Made by a program: the position numbers and the translations under genes. 64,000 nucleotides of DNA, from positions 9,300,001-9,364,000 of the forward strand of contig CM120645.1 of NCBI GenBank assembly GCA_051362555.1. The letters are read 5' to 3'. The DNA is from Lingula anatina. Taxonomy: Eukaryota; Animalia; Brachiopoda. The notes below the pieces were generated by a model. It ran no database searches, was not told the DNA's origin, and worked only from the letters and a program-made list of their open reading frames with translations. The first letter of the stretch is position 1, and the number at the start of each line of letters is the position of its first letter. This document shows, in pieces, positions 49,521 to 63,570 of this stretch.

Positions 49521-52500
49521 GTGACCGTGGTGATACGCTTTATTCGGTTTTATGGGTGTTTTTCGGGGAAATGCGAGTTCTTCGTCTCGTTATGTACATG
49601 TATGTTGAGTAATGCACTGCCACCCTCTCGCGAAATATGTACCCTCTATCAAGACAGATTAATTACGTGCACTTCTCTCCAACGCGAGTAGTAGTAGTTT
49701 GAAACGGGAAAAATGAATGTCCAGATGACAGATGCGCAGGAAAGATCATAAGATGAAGATCTCTAAATGAAAGATAGAAACAGGATAACTCAAATGAGAA
49801 AATCGGAGCTCGGAACTTCAAAGAAGTTTGGGAGATGAAAGAGAAAAAAGAAGAAACTAAATTTGATTAAAAAGAAGTTACGAAATTGAAGATGCTGAAC
49901 GATAGATATTCAAAACCCGTAATTATAAATACAGGAAAGCACGTTTCGCAAATGAAAACGCTGGCGAAGAAGGCATGTTAAAAAACGACATATCCAGTGC
50001 AACGGAGATTTAAATTTGGCGCATTGGTATTTTTAAAACAAAAAAAGAGGGAAAAGGGAGAAAAGAAAACAAAATTAACGAGGCGAAACACCCTTTAATA
50101 AAAAAACTGCTCCTTTTTAAGGTTGACCAGACAAACGCACATCCCAATACTTCTCTTTCAATGAATCAAGTATATTCATAGTCAGGTCTTGAGGGACTGC
50201 TTCTCATGGGCAGCTGTTTGCTTTACCTATAAGTGTTTTTCAATCCCTGTCAATCCGTAAATCACGATATTGGATCAGAAAATGACCTTAAGCTTGATTT
50301 AGTGCGCGCTACCGGTCCTGCGAGATTAAAAGCGTGTCGCTCTGTTAAGGTTAGTCTGAATATTTATTTTTTGCCGTTTCTGCGCTCGTCATTTCCGCAA
50401 TTTGAGGGTATGAGTCGCGGCCACAAATGCACAGCACTTGGTGGAAAGTACGTATTTGAAATTATACAAAAGCACCTGTACTTTGCCAGAATGGAAACAA
50501 ATTCCTGAATGGCAACTGTTGAAAAATAATCCCGTTATTGTGATATCTAGCTCGGGGAGTGAATCAGACGTTCTATGAAAAATGCTGCAGGGTGATTTCC
50601 GCATGAAATGATGAGAGATCATGAATTATGCATTAGTATTTCTGATCAGAAAAATGTTTTACAGACAATGAATACCGTGATTGATGAAGATACTCTTGAA
50701 GATGGGCACAACAACGAACAGTGTTAGTTCAAATGTGAATGAAATGATTTTTGACGAGGTCCGTCTTTTTTGCGAACTATCAATTTTTTACTGAAAAATA
50801 TACTGGTAGTCCTAATACTGTTAACACAATTAGATACTAGTATTGATTGTGCAGCATGCTCGATGTGCTAAGATGGCGGTTTAAGAGGCTTATTACGTTA
50901 CGAATGAATAACGTAACGGAGTATATCGCTTGCGTGTGCAAAAAAAAAAAAAAAAATTGCAACAAATTCTTTACACTTCCTGTAAAAAAATATAAGTAAG
51001 CAAAGTTGAGGGAAATAGCATTTTGGGAAGGTGGTCATGGCTATGGTGACAGAAACAGTGACTCCAACCTAAAATGGGGGGTGTCAAATACACGTATTTG
51101 TTAAATAAATGACATGGTCTATTGATGAGCAACCTTTCCTTCCGTCTCTTAAGTGTTCACCTCACGCATAACTGCTCTATGGTGGCAGCGGTGGGATTAG
51201 AAAAAAAAAACATTGTCACAATAATGCTAATTTTCCAACCACAACATGGCTCGAAACTTCCATGCAGAAAGAGCAAATATATCTCTTGCTAAAAACGTTT
51301 TGAGAGAGAAATTTATCTTTTAACCGCATCGTCTCTCGTACAATGAAGCGATTAACGCTAGTTTGCAGCTGGTTCAAAAGTGATAAACAAGATCAACACA
51401 TTCCAAGACTCCAGGAAAAGTTCAAGCATGCAGGTACTTTGCCTACAGAGATTACGCCAGATCCCTACAGGTGCTCTACTTGGGTTTTCCTCTTTTTAAC
51501 CTCTGCTTAAAAGACTGTCTATTTATCTATAAACTAGAAAAACGATTTAGACATTTTCGAAATTTTGGGAAGAATCATCCATACTTCCATAGTAAGAAGA
51601 GACCAATATGTGTTACTTTCATTTACATAAGTTTCCAATGTCGTCTGCTTTTACTCTACAAGAAACGGTATAACTTTTTTTGTTACAGGTAAAACTATTT
51701 GGCAAAAGGTTTTCAGAAAAAAAGTGCATTTGACACTAATCCAAGCCTGGTGGATCTTTTAGTATTTTCATGAATTAAAAGACATAAAGAATCTAATCCG
51801 TAACCAAAATTGCTATGGTAACCGTACGTCAGAACTATTCCCAGTAGTTCAGTAGTTTTCATTTATTATTATTTACTATTATTATTATTATTATTATTTT
51901 TTTTTACCACTGAACACTGCATAAAAGCACTCTTGTGGAGACTTAGTTTTCCAAAACGATGAATGGTTTAAGAAATGGAGTTTATCATATAAAGAGAATG
52001 CCAAGGTTGGGACAAGTCACTTAAAACTGTACTTTATACCGATGATATTTCAGCGAGTTTTATAATGACAGTCCTTGCCCTCAAATTGATACATCCGCGA
52101 CGAGGGCATGTTTATTTAACTTTTTCGATCAGCGATGATACCCTGCAGTTAAAACTACATACAATTTCAATGCATGGGGACTGACATGAAGGAAATTAAA
52201 AACGCTCTCTTGGGATGTGAGCCTGACGATCGAACACTTACTTTATCAATAGGTGAACAGTGACAAAAATGCGATTCGAGAATAAAAGAAGCTCTCTTGT
52301 ATGTTAAGGCGTATGCTTATAGTGACTAATGGTTATCAATTTTCGTTTTTTTTCCTCTTTTTACATCTTTCTGTTTGTTTTCGTTGAAAACATTTCTAAA
52401 TAAAATAATTGCATTTAAGTTTTTATTCAGTTTGAACCTTACCACAGCAATTAGCCAACCTTTCCCTTTGTAAGAATTGCTCTCGTTTTCTCTCATTCAG

Positions 52501-55326
52501 AAAGACTTATCGATCTTTAAAGGCTCTAATGCCAATATCTATGACAATGACATAACATGATCCCTAAAAAACAGATTACTTAAGATTAAAATTCAACTAA
52601 ACCAGCTAAACAATAGTGCATGTTTGAATGACTGATTCAAAGAAATGGTGGGCATTTTGACGTAACTGCGTGAGTGTGTAGAAACGGTTTCATTTCCTCG
52701 TCAATTCATACAATTGCCATCAACGATTTCTTTCTAATTTCCTCTTTTGCTGAGGTAAGTGGGCATTAGGTAGATTACTCCAAAGTCAAGCTGTTGCTGC
52801 ATATTGCTGAAGGAGGCAATGCTAGAATGTTGGTTATACATCGGCTGGGCACACATATTGCTTTAAAAGGTGCCACGATCATTAAGACGACTTGAACGCC
52901 TAGAGAACGACTTTCGCACCTACAGGTGGGGAAAAGACACAGGGTGTCATGTGCAAAAACGAATTATTTCCTTCTCCGTTACATACAGTTAGAATAGTAT
53001 TATCTATTTTGCATATTATTAATTTTACTTTCTTGATTAATTTTGACGGGCATTTGTATACATGTATGATAAAAAATTTACGTCGTGCTTCGAACTTATT
53101 TCGTATAAAATATAATCAAGTTATAACCATAACATCTATTTTACATCAGGATATCTGTTTTGAGTAACCATTTGAACCGTTCTTCCAAGCTAACCCTTTT
53201 ACTGAACAGAAGGTTTGAGACGTAATCCCCGTGTACATGTGCTCGTTGCGTATATACTTATAAGAAAATTCGGAATTCCCATTAGGTGAAAAAAGTAAAG
53301 CACAGAAGAAATTGTGAAGACCTCTTGAAACTAAATCATAACTTTCGTTTCCCAAATTCTATACAAAAGTTAAGGTGACGATGAAAACTTTCACCCGTCG
53401 GACGTCGACGGTATTTATTTATTTATTTATTGTGTGTACGTGTGTGTGTTTTAAGTATGGTAAATCACTATTCGACTATTTATAAAACACACAAAGCCTC
53501 ATGCTAAGTGAGCTAAAGCCGGTACCTCAGCTCGCTTATCACCGTGTGCTCTGGACCTGAAGGTCTTTTGTCGTCCGAATCTTTTATTTCCGATGGGAAA
53601 TTTTGTAAGAAATTAAATGACGCGACATGTGTCAGCTAATATTGGCGCAGTATAAATCTACCGATGCCAGTTTAATGATGTGGCTTATCTGTCAGTCAAA
53701 CATTTTTTTCGTTCATCCTTTTATGTGATTTATGTTGACAAGCAACAAGCTCAATGGGGAAAATGAAAATTAACAGGGGAGAGATGGAAGAGATGGCAGG
53801 AGAGCTTCGTGAAACGAGACCCAGGAATTCATTTTGATATATTGTTTGATATTGTGGGTTCGAATAACTTTAATTTTACTAACACCAAAGACACAGGCAA
53901 CAAAGCATGAAAATAAATAACTATAAGAGGACACTAAGATAACAAAAATATCAGACTGATATTGGGTGCCAATGTAAAGTAATCTATAATTGTTCAAAGG
54001 AATATTTTGTGGTTTTCTTCTCAACCAATGACGGTTTGGATATATATATGGCAACCAAATAGCTTAGTAATGACCATGCACTGGTCAAAAATTGTCATGT
54101 ACCCATTTACCAAACACGCTTATCAGTACACGCGATTGTTGAAATGATGTTATACATGTGTATGTCACGCCCCATTATAGGTTATTTCTCGCCCATAATC
54201 CTCAAAATCACCGTATAAATAGTGATTAACCTCTCGTAATATGGCTTTAAACGCTGTCATTTGTAATTTGGTTCGTTGCCAATTCTAGGTGCAATCTTTG
54301 ATCTCAATGACCCTCGGTGTACAGACAATTTGATGTTTCAAATTTATCATCGACAGAAACCATTCCGGGAACCTTTAGTACAAAAACTTTCGTGCCTGTA
54401 AAGTGCCAATATCCGTCATGAAAAATTGTCATGCAATACACTTACTTATTATTACTTTTTTTCATCGTTGTGATAACTATGGGTATGCCGTATTGGCGTG
54501 TGGTAATAGTGTGTAAAAAGCACGGAAATGTAAAAACAAACCACAAATATATCAGTGACGCTACATAAAGTTCCGTGAGAAATTACAAAAAGTGATCGAG
54601 TGTCCAGTTTGACATTTTAAAGAACCGTCAATACAGAAAGTCAATTCAGAGGCTACATTGCAATGCCATAACTCCCACTTGTTCACTCGCTTTCGGTATG
54701 TGCGGGTGTTGTAGACAAAAATGCACATGGCTTTAAAAGGGAAAAGGGTAAGTGAACACAGAACTTAAATCTTACTGAAACAGGGAGAAAAGTAATCGGT
54801 CTAGAAGTGGACATCGTCACTCTTATCGAATAGCACTCTCACAAAGTATCCTCCTTAGAAACTCATCTGAGATGTAAATGCCGAAAGGATCGAGTTTTAT
54901 TGTTGAACTGTAACTCAATAGGATTTCTTGCCACCAAAGGCGGAAATATGAAGATCGATTTATTGTTCTTTTTTTCTCATTAACCGGTTACCTCTTTTAC
55001 GATCAAAGCGATGAGACGATAGCTTTGCTAGTACGCAGCACAGGAATAAAATGTTCGCCCATGTGCAGAAAGTGTATAGTGTTTGACTGGCTATGTACGC
55101 CCGTGTTGCCTCAAGGGAACCCTCCACCCCCCTGACTATGACGCATTATCACTACCTGTTGCGAATCCATCGTGATTTGCCAAATATGTTGAAAACCGTC
55201 GAAGGCCATTAGCAGATAATAAAAGAACAACTTTTGTTAAACGACAAATAGACGACTTATAGATATCATTTTAATTTCGTTTTTCGCGTTTCGACTGTCC
55301 ATTCCTATTTCACGCAAAATCGGGAG

Positions 55327-55366
55327 TCCAAATGTCTAAATGTCTAAAAGTCTAAAAGCCTAAATG
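55327..55366. repeat. 8-bp tandem repeat x5 (tctaaa[t/a]g)
   Basis: Direct inspection. Confidence 0.8.
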
Positions 55367-55992
55367 GGTTTTTATTAAATTTCTTCTACTACAAACCTCT
55401 TAAGACTGATTTATTTCGAAAATCTTACATTAAAATGATATTAATTTTTGTAGGAAATATAGTATCCAACACGCCTAAGTCGTCTGCCTGATCTACCAGT
55501 ACGAGTATAGCTCTGTAACGAGTCGCAGATATTTTTGCCCGGCCTGTACATGTACTCACAGATATACATTAAAACAAGCGATGACACGATAGCTACGCAT
55601 TAACGTACAAGTCAGTTTTATCATTTCACATCTAGTAGAAAAATGTAGACTTCAACAGCTAAACAAATCTAGTTATACTTATCGGCAGTACCCCTGTCCA
55701 CTCCGGGTACACATGCTGTGAACAGCCAATACCTAGCGATAAAAGGCATCTTCGCTCTGTTTGAGAACGTCATATTTCATATTAGAATCCCGTTATTCTT
55801 TTATTAGCAAGACCACTCTCGGGGCAGCAGACAGGTTATTGCCAATAAACTTTGTATTTTTCTAGTTAAGCATGTGTTTCTTGGCAGGGGCCAAGGCCCC
55901 GTTGCTTCTGGTGCGCACCGAATTACGCCGGCTTATGGTACTGAGTGTAAAATATTCATGGCGTCCTGTCGTAGCATAAATTGGATGTATTG

Positions 55993-56140
55993 CAGGCCCG
56001 TAGCCAGCAATTTCAAAAGGGGGGGTTCTTTTTCTTAAAAAGTGGACCTTTTCCCAGAAAAAACTCCATGTACCTACATCAAATTTTACCCAGAGTGGAC
56101 CTTTTCCCAGAACACCCCCCCCCCCCCGGCTACGGGCCTG
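55993..56140. mobile_element. hAT-like MITE (CAGGCCCGTAGCC termini), copy 2, 5-bp TSD
   Basis: TIRs caggcccgtagcc / ggctacgggcctg, with tattg on both sides. Body highly similar to 24312-24479 (caaattttacccagagtggacctttt). Confidence 0.85.
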
Positions 56141-56616
56141 TATTGTTACAAAATTGAAACCCACTTTTATGCAGCATGATGGGTCCAGTTAGTATAACAC
56201 CGCATCCTCTCACCCGACACCTCCACCTCTTCTCACGCCCACCCATTCTGTGACAGAACAAAAGTAGTTCTGGGATGCAACATAAGACATATTGTGTTGG
56301 ATCCCTCTAGTAGATTAGATGTAGGGGTAATTGGTAAGTCCCACCACCACTTAGAGAATGTTCAAAGAAATTTCAAAGCATTGACTTCTGATAACTTTGT
56401 ATAGAATCCGTGCTATTTTATTCAGTTTCGTGTGGTTCAATTTGATTGTATCGATTGTCTCCTTACGGCACCGCCCTCGGCCGCAGCAACACCCATGAAA
56501 GAGTTGAAAAGCCTGGAAACACAACGTGCGTCATTCTAGCCTTGCAAACAAAGCCAATTTTGTTCGCGTGCAGGACTTGAAGGCAGCTGTGACGGCATCG
56601 GGTAACGATACTGTAA

Positions 56617-56847
56617 GAGCTCATTTCCAATGTAACTATCTTTCTACGTAGATTGATCCAACACCGCGGGGACTCTGGCCGAATGCAATCAGTATAACAG
56701 ATTAACTCCTATAAACACCGGCATTTCTGTGTTCTTCTCAACGCCAGAGAAAGGTGCATTTATCTGTTAAACTGATTGCTTTCAGCGAGAGACCTTGCTG
56801 GGTTGAATCGATCTGCATAGAACGATAGTTTCATTGGGAATGAGCCC
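56617..56847. mobile_element. PIF/Harbinger (Tourist-like) MITE with perfect TAA TSD
   Basis: taa|gagctcatttccaatgtaactatc ... gatagtttcattgggaatgagccc|taa. Internal arms gcaatcagtataacagat / atctgttaaactgattgc. Confidence 0.87.
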
Positions 56848-59711
56848 TAACATCACATTTAATGACACAAGCAACCGACCCACGTTTAAAGCAACACAGT
56901 TTAGAGATGTCTAGAGAATAATGAGTGTTGGGTGTCTGTACTTCGCTAGCTCTGTGAATATAATCAGTGATAAGACTCACACATGCCATGCGTTTAGGGT
57001 TTTGTTCCCCCTATCCATCGGTTTTTTTAGGTCGATCAGACTTCTAGAAACTTCAGACCATTTTTCTCTTTCTTCTGGCCGAGTCGGTAAAAACTGACCC
57101 TTGAAAAACGCCGCAAAATTAAATATTGTCCAAAAGAAAATTAACAAACCACAAGTTACGTAAAACTTTAAACATTTTTTATCTTTGTCCCCATTATTTC
57201 TCGCACGGAAGGTAGTTAAACAACGCAATGTTCAGCTCTTGTCGCCATCGGTTCTGAGTTCTCTTTGTAGTTTCTCGCGTCTCACTGCAGGTGGAAGTCA
57301 GATTTAACAGACCGTGGTAATAACACAATAGTATAGAATATGATCTGCATTAACCTTCGGAAGTAATCAAACCGATCAAAGCAATAAAATCTACATACAG
57401 CAACCACGGTCAGTGGATTCTTTTGATGTGTTGACCAGTTGCCCGGATGTCCAGGACCTTGTGGAAAGTTCAAGCGAAAGATAGAGACAATGTTACAAAA
57501 GGTTAATCTTACCCCGTGGCTGATGGTTGGCAACCACGACAAAGATCATGACGTAGGCGTGAGTACTTTGAGACATTCCCCAGTTTTACGTAGATTCCTG
57601 CAATTTTTTTCTTTGGAGTTCTATTTCTGTTTCAATTAGCTCTGTACTTTAATATATACTAGTATTAATCTAACGGTGTACGTCACATGTGTCTCCAAAC
57701 AAACTACTACGTGGGTTGCAATAGCTTCCTGCCAGCATACTTGACTGTTGGTGTCATAACGTTTTGACAATATTTTGATTTTTTGTTTCATGATATTACC
57801 AAATTGCGTCTCAAGCACATTATTTCCTTGAAGTTGGATTCATAAGCTAAGGTTTTCTCGTGGCAAATGAAAACAAAATCAAGGGTTATTTCGCAGCAAG
57901 AAGACAACACCGCCCAATATAAACCGTTGTCAGCATTCCGTGACAAATATCATATTTTCAAAAAAAAAACAAAAACAAATATTCTGATGATCAAATTCAC
58001 TTATTATAGTGATACATAATGTCCGAACTCCTGTCTGGTAAATTCTTTAAGATTCCTTAGAAATTGTCGTTAAAAATGCCAGACAAACATTTGTGTGATA
58101 CCATTCACAAAGTTAGGATGTCGAATTCAATGAGGTCATGAGAACAATTTGAAGACATTTCATCTCGAGGCTTCTACGTCAGCAACACGTGCCCTGTTAT
58201 TCACATACTGTAGTATCATTATCCACTCTCTGTTACTGCATGATCACCAATACAGTTATCAATTACAGTATGAAATTCAGATCAATGTTAAAAAGATGAA
58301 GTTACCGATACTAGATAGCAGTGCAAGTTCTGTGAGGAAAAAAACAAAATGATTCTGTCTAGCTTCCTGAGATGTACGGGGGTATGATATCAGACAAGAA
58401 AATCTAGTGCGTTTTTAGCATTAACTGATACCACATCTGACTATGACATAACGCACTGATATTTCTGATTAGAGATTTCGGCTCAAATGCACACTCACTT
58501 GATATAACATATCAATCAATCACTAAAGATATTAAAGAGAACAAAAAACTTAAATGCACTGCATGTTTGACATTATAATGTGAGAGTGGAACATGTGAAA
58601 AGGTTAGAAGAAAGGTTAAGATTTTTCTGGGGTTAACGCTTATGCAGGCTAACATATCTGTGCACCAAAACCCACGAAATAATGTTGGAGCATTAACTTT
58701 AGCTAAAATTGGTTGATCATAGCCACGAGCTAGCTAACTTATGAAAGTTATGTTTATAAAAGGCGACCTTTTGTTTTTTAACAACGTGCAAGATGATAAA
58801 CCCACCCAGCCCTCTCTGGCCCTAAACGACCCCTTACTCCCGATATATAAAAACTGAAGATTGCCTAATGGTGCTCATCTTCCGGTCTATAGATATCAAT
58901 TAGCCTGTGCTGTTGGTATACCTGTCTAACATCACAATGAGAGAGAGAGAGAGAGACCTAAAATAAGTTGGTGTAATAAATGTACAAATTATAGATAAAA
59001 AAATGAAACTAACGGCAGCGACTGCATCTTTATAGCCGAATAAATTACGGATTTATTGTATTCTCTAGTGAAAAAATTCACAGAATCTCTTTGCCGACTA
59101 ATTGGCAGTTCTGAAGGCTAATGGGGTGCGTTCTTGTGCCAGTGACATTCTACGACATTCCCGTTAGTTTCCCTTTACATCAAAAGCATCCCCAAGAGAT
59201 ACTATTCCTTTTTTGAGAAACGTTGCAGTTACATATATGAGTTAAGGAGAATTTTAATTCCTTATTTTGCCCTGTATAACCTGTATCGGTATGTGTTTCC
59301 TATAACCAATATATTTCCGTTAATTATAAATACACGGCGTTTCGTTCACCTAATTGGAGCTTGATATTCGAAAAGACGTCAAAGTAGTCATGAGCTCAGG
59401 GTTTGTTTTCCATAACATTATCTTCCAGTCGTGATACACGTGTGACTTGCGCGTAATGACCGTGCTTGGACAAATACTTGTACGTAGCATTAGAGAAAAC
59501 CAGAATCCCAAATTGAACGGAGGCTTAATTGTCTTAATACAGTGTGTGAGCCCATCCCGTCTTTAGCCCGTGCGTTTAGTTTCCACGTCAGCCATTAATT
59601 AATCTGAGACGGAAAAAATGTCGACCAATTAGTCCTAACTGATATTCTTTGTGCTTTTTAATGAACCCAGTGGAAATCCTAATGTGCAACCTATCACATT
59701 TACGTATTACC

Positions 59712-59714
<3 letters not shown>

Positions 59715-59749
<35 letters not shown>
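59715..59749. repeat. (GA)n microsatellite
   Basis: Direct inspection. Confidence 0.95.
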
Positions 59750-59752
<3 letters not shown>

Positions 59753-60255
59753 TGTATGGAGCACTAACTGCTGTATACAAAATAAAACCAACCTCTGAAA
59801 TGAATATGGTAGAAAAATAGAATGGATAAAAGCAACTCGTTAAAAGTTGCTCGACTAGGGAGTCTGAACGTTTCACTCTTGGCCAATGAAAATTTTCAGC
59901 GTTAACATGTCTAGCACAACACCGCGATAGTTTAAACCCCTTAATGCATAATAAAATCACCTTTAATTTATCAACTAAGCTATGTGGTTTACCTTTAACT
60001 CTGCTACACCAGTCCTCTGCGACGTTTAAATACAGCATGCACTGCCGATAGAAAAATTTTACAGAAAAAAATAACATTGCCCATCGTGAAAGTAATCGAT
60101 CATTGATTAGTGTCACCAAGTGCGTAGTATCAGATTTGCAACAAATTGCGTGTAATTTGAGAATTATGCTTTGAGATATAAAGTATACACGTGGAATGGA
60201 GAAAAATAAAGTACCAGCAGATAGAGTATTCTGTCCTGGCAGTGACTGTAATAAG

Positions 60256-60430
60256 TAATTGAAGTGAACGCGTGTTACAAACGCACCTACCAGTATACAC
60301 TGCACATCATGTTTCGAAGGGTTTCCAGACTCCACAAACCATTCGGTCAGTCGACAGTTCGACCAACACTTCGCTCGCGTGTAGATGCCACTAAGTCTAT
60401 TTTATTGCATTTGAATTTAATCTGAAATAA
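60256..60430. repeat. Copy 1 of ~175-bp direct repeat; contains a candidate minus-strand non-coding exon (60421-60291)
   Basis: Highly similar to 63393-63570. Minus strand reads ttccttatttcag|ATTAAA...ATACTG|gtaggt. Confidence 0.85.
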
Positions 60431-61218
60431 GGAAATGAACCAGATATACGGCATGAAATCTCCCCGTCTAAAGCGTGACGCATCTGTGTTCAGGTAGAGC
60501 ATGAAAGTATAACTATGCTTTCATGGTTGGGACCATGTAGTCCTTTGTATGAAATAATTTCTCATGTAAGATATAATGAGTTATTTGGTCAGAAAAAGTC
60601 GCTACTGCATGTTCTTGGCTTTGAAGAATAATATAGAATTATTTCCCTAGCCTTGTTATAAGCAATCCCGTCAATTCTTTTAATTAATTTAATTTATTAT
60701 TTATTTATTTATTTAGCAAAGGAAAAGATGAAATAACATGTTCTCACAGTGTTCTAAAAGTAGCTGAGACACACATGGTTTTGAAACATTTTCACAGATT
60801 TTTGATTGCGAACTTCATTGAGCAAGAACACATTCTAAGAACATTATCTACCGAGTATGTAAAAAGAAAATGATTACTAATTATTTTAATACTCAATACA
60901 ATGTAAAGCAGCAGTTAACTATGCAGATGCCGTACAGATCTTCACCGTCCAGAGAGTAGTTTTAGAGCTGTAGTACAGGTTTCAGAATGACTCAACCAAA
61001 GAACTTTTTTCTGGTCCTCGGGAGTAGCATCGGGTAAAATGAATAAAACAAAATCCCAATCAATAGTCATTAATCATAGCTGGTGAAGCCAAGACACAAC
61101 CTAAGCAAGCTGGTGCTGTTCTGAGTCCGTCAACACTTGACTTGTGTATATATTTATCGATCCCATTGCCGTAAGAATTGTTCGTAGCTAAAGTTAAAGT
61201 TGCTATTACAATTAACAT

Positions 61219-61355
61219 CAAGTGGCAAGAATGGTAGTCCGGAGTCTCATAGCCGGAAGTATCGGGATCAGTAGTTGGGACGACGAATGTCACCTGTAAA
61301 AAGTAAGGGGAAAAGGACAACGGTTCCTTGCAGCTTACCATTCCTGTCACACCGG
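61219..61355. mobile_element. Degenerate MITE related to 32652-32819
   Basis: gtggcaagaatggtagtccg ... accattcctgtcacaccgg. Confidence 0.7.
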
Positions 61356-62175
61356 CTAAAGGAGAGAGAGAGAGAGAGACGGAGTTTCAGTTCAACAGGT
61401 TGAAAATAAATGACTACAAAGATCATGATCAACAGACCCAAACTTTAACGTACCATAGTGTGAATCGGTCCACGTGACCCAAGTGTGAACTTGCTCGGTC
61501 CTGCACATTAGGAAATAAGTGAAGCCGCGCACCAGGCATCATAAATTCAATCGGAAGCGGGATTAATTTCACAATTTGGTATGTTTAATTCGAATTATTT
61601 ATCAGATCAACAACAAGCCGTCGGTGCTACAGTATTTGGTAACAACTTTGCACCTTTGAACAACTAAATGTTTGGTGGCCAATACTTTGATGGTACATAT
61701 AGGAGCAGCTTAAATAGAATCTCTGTTCTTAATTTTGTTCTTTATTTTCATTTGCAATGTTTTCTTGTAATAGAGTAAACGCTTACAGCAACATTATGCT
61801 ACAAGAATGACCAGAAGTTTTAAATAAGAACATCAAACTCTGTAACCAAAAGAGTGACCATTCCAAGAACTGCCACTGTGCTAACTCCGTCCATAAATAA
61901 CGCCGAGAAAACAAACGACGTCCATCTATTTAATGACCAAGACATCCCCAGATTGCCTGTTGTCCAGATATCAAATTGACCGTCTTTTCGACATCAAAGT
62001 GAAATCGGTTCTTAAAGTGGCCTGCAATTCTTTGATCATCTCCCTTGACAGAAGTGCGTTGGCAAGTACATGTACATTAATGATATGATATTTGGAGAGT
62101 GGATAGATAGGAGACCAAAAAAGGAGAATATACACAAACGGCTACGCTTTATGTTGATAGTTTTAAGGACCATTG

Positions 62176-62180
<5 letters not shown>

Positions 62181-62219
<39 letters not shown>
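62181..62219. repeat. (ATT)n microsatellite
   Basis: Direct inspection. Confidence 0.95.
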
Positions 62220-62776
62220 TTGTCGACTATTTTCAAAAATGCTCTCCAATCGCCATTTTTTATGATCGACGGGTTCAGCAAATATATTCTACGTGAGTCC
62301 CAAGACGTTTCACATAATTCAAGAAATGCTGAAATGGTATGATGAAAAAGTAGAAATGTGACTTGCCTTATATTAGAAAAAAATTCAAATCGCAACATGC
62401 AGCTGCGTTGATTCATTTACTTCATAATCCATTGCCAAGAATATTTCCCATGGCACTGACTCTTTGCAGAACCTCGCCCGACTAATTTCTCTGAAATCTT
62501 ACAGAAGGCAAATACTGTCATTATAATTTCCTTGGGGTACTTCCCTTGGCAATACTCTTCCCCCTTAAACTTTGTTGTTTATTTCAGGTGAATTAATTTC
62601 CCTAGACTTGTCATATGTCAGAAGAAATTGTCGTCGTTTCTCAGCATGGGTGTCACGGGAATCATTCTTTCTTGGGGCTTGTAACACTCAAATATGAGAA
62701 AACATCGACCTTGAAAAGAATTTTTAACGAACTACTGGTACATGTAGGTAAAACGCAAGAAGGCCCAGGACCAGCA

Positions 62777-62946
62777 CCGGTGTAACGTGCCAGAGTCCCC
62801 CATGATCGAGATTCCGCTTCCCATTCATTTGTACAGGTAAGTCTCGCCCTAGATTTTGACCCAATTAGGTTAGGTTAACCCTAACCATTGTAACAAAAAG
62901 GAGGGCGGACTTTCTGTTACGCGGACCTTCAGTTTCGTTACACCGG
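62777..62946. mobile_element. MITE with CCGGTGTAACG TIRs and internal ggttaggttaaccctaacc
   Basis: ccggtgtaacg / cgttacaccgg, with ca on both sides (possible 2-bp TSD). Confidence 0.72.
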
Positions 62947-63249
62947 CATGAACCCAAAGCTGTATTTTGTATCTCCATGAGAGACTCCTGCAGCTGTCAC
63001 AAACCACGCGTTGACGGGATCTTCAATGGACGAAAGTTTTTATCAAATAGACTTATAACGAGTCTCCACTTTGCTAACAATATTAACATAGTATAAAGTC
63101 TATCACGCGCAATATTATGTAGGATCTGATGCAAATTTAAAGGCAAAAAACTCCAACTTATTCCAATTACCCAAATGAATAAAACTGATATCTAACCTCC
63201 CGCATCTTTAACACTGTCTGGACGTATTGATTCAGCGCTATATATACCC

Positions 63250-63290
63250 TGGTACATGATAAAGTATACATCAAACTTTATCATGTACCA
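63250..63290. repeat. Perfect 16-bp-stem hairpin
   Basis: tggtacatgataaagt-atacatcaa-actttatcatgtacca. Confidence 0.9.
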
Positions 63291-63392
63291 CTTGTGGTAT
63301 CCAAACTGATGCAGTGGGATAAAATATAGGGCGTTTGTAACAAATAATGAACTTATGTGGACATGATACCCAACTCTTATATTTTACTCTTA

Positions 63393-63570
63393 TAATTGAA
63401 GTGAACGCGTGTTACAAACGCACCTACAGTACCAGTATGCAGTGCACATCATGTTTAGAAGGGTTTCCAGACTTCACAAACCCGTGATTCCCCGACAGCT
63501 TGACCAACACTTCGCTCGCGCGTAGATGCCACTTAGTCTTTTTATTGCATTCGAATTTAATCTGAAATAA
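63393..63570. repeat. Copy 2 of ~175-bp direct repeat
   Basis: taattgaagtgaacgcgtgttacaaacgcacctac ... gaatttaatctgaaataa is shared with 60256-60430. Confidence 0.85.

Noticed and set aside
49700-50000. Purine-rich, K/E-rich coding-like stretch
   Set aside because: Stops interrupt the readable frame and no family could be assigned.
59700-60335. 211-aa minus-strand ORF
   Set aside because: Non-ATG start, no domain, ends in a (CT)n tract, and composition is typical of non-coding DNA.
61294-61340. Apparent minus-strand mini-intron (gtaagc...ttacag)
   Set aside because: Lies inside a MITE (61219-61355); there is no supporting coding context.
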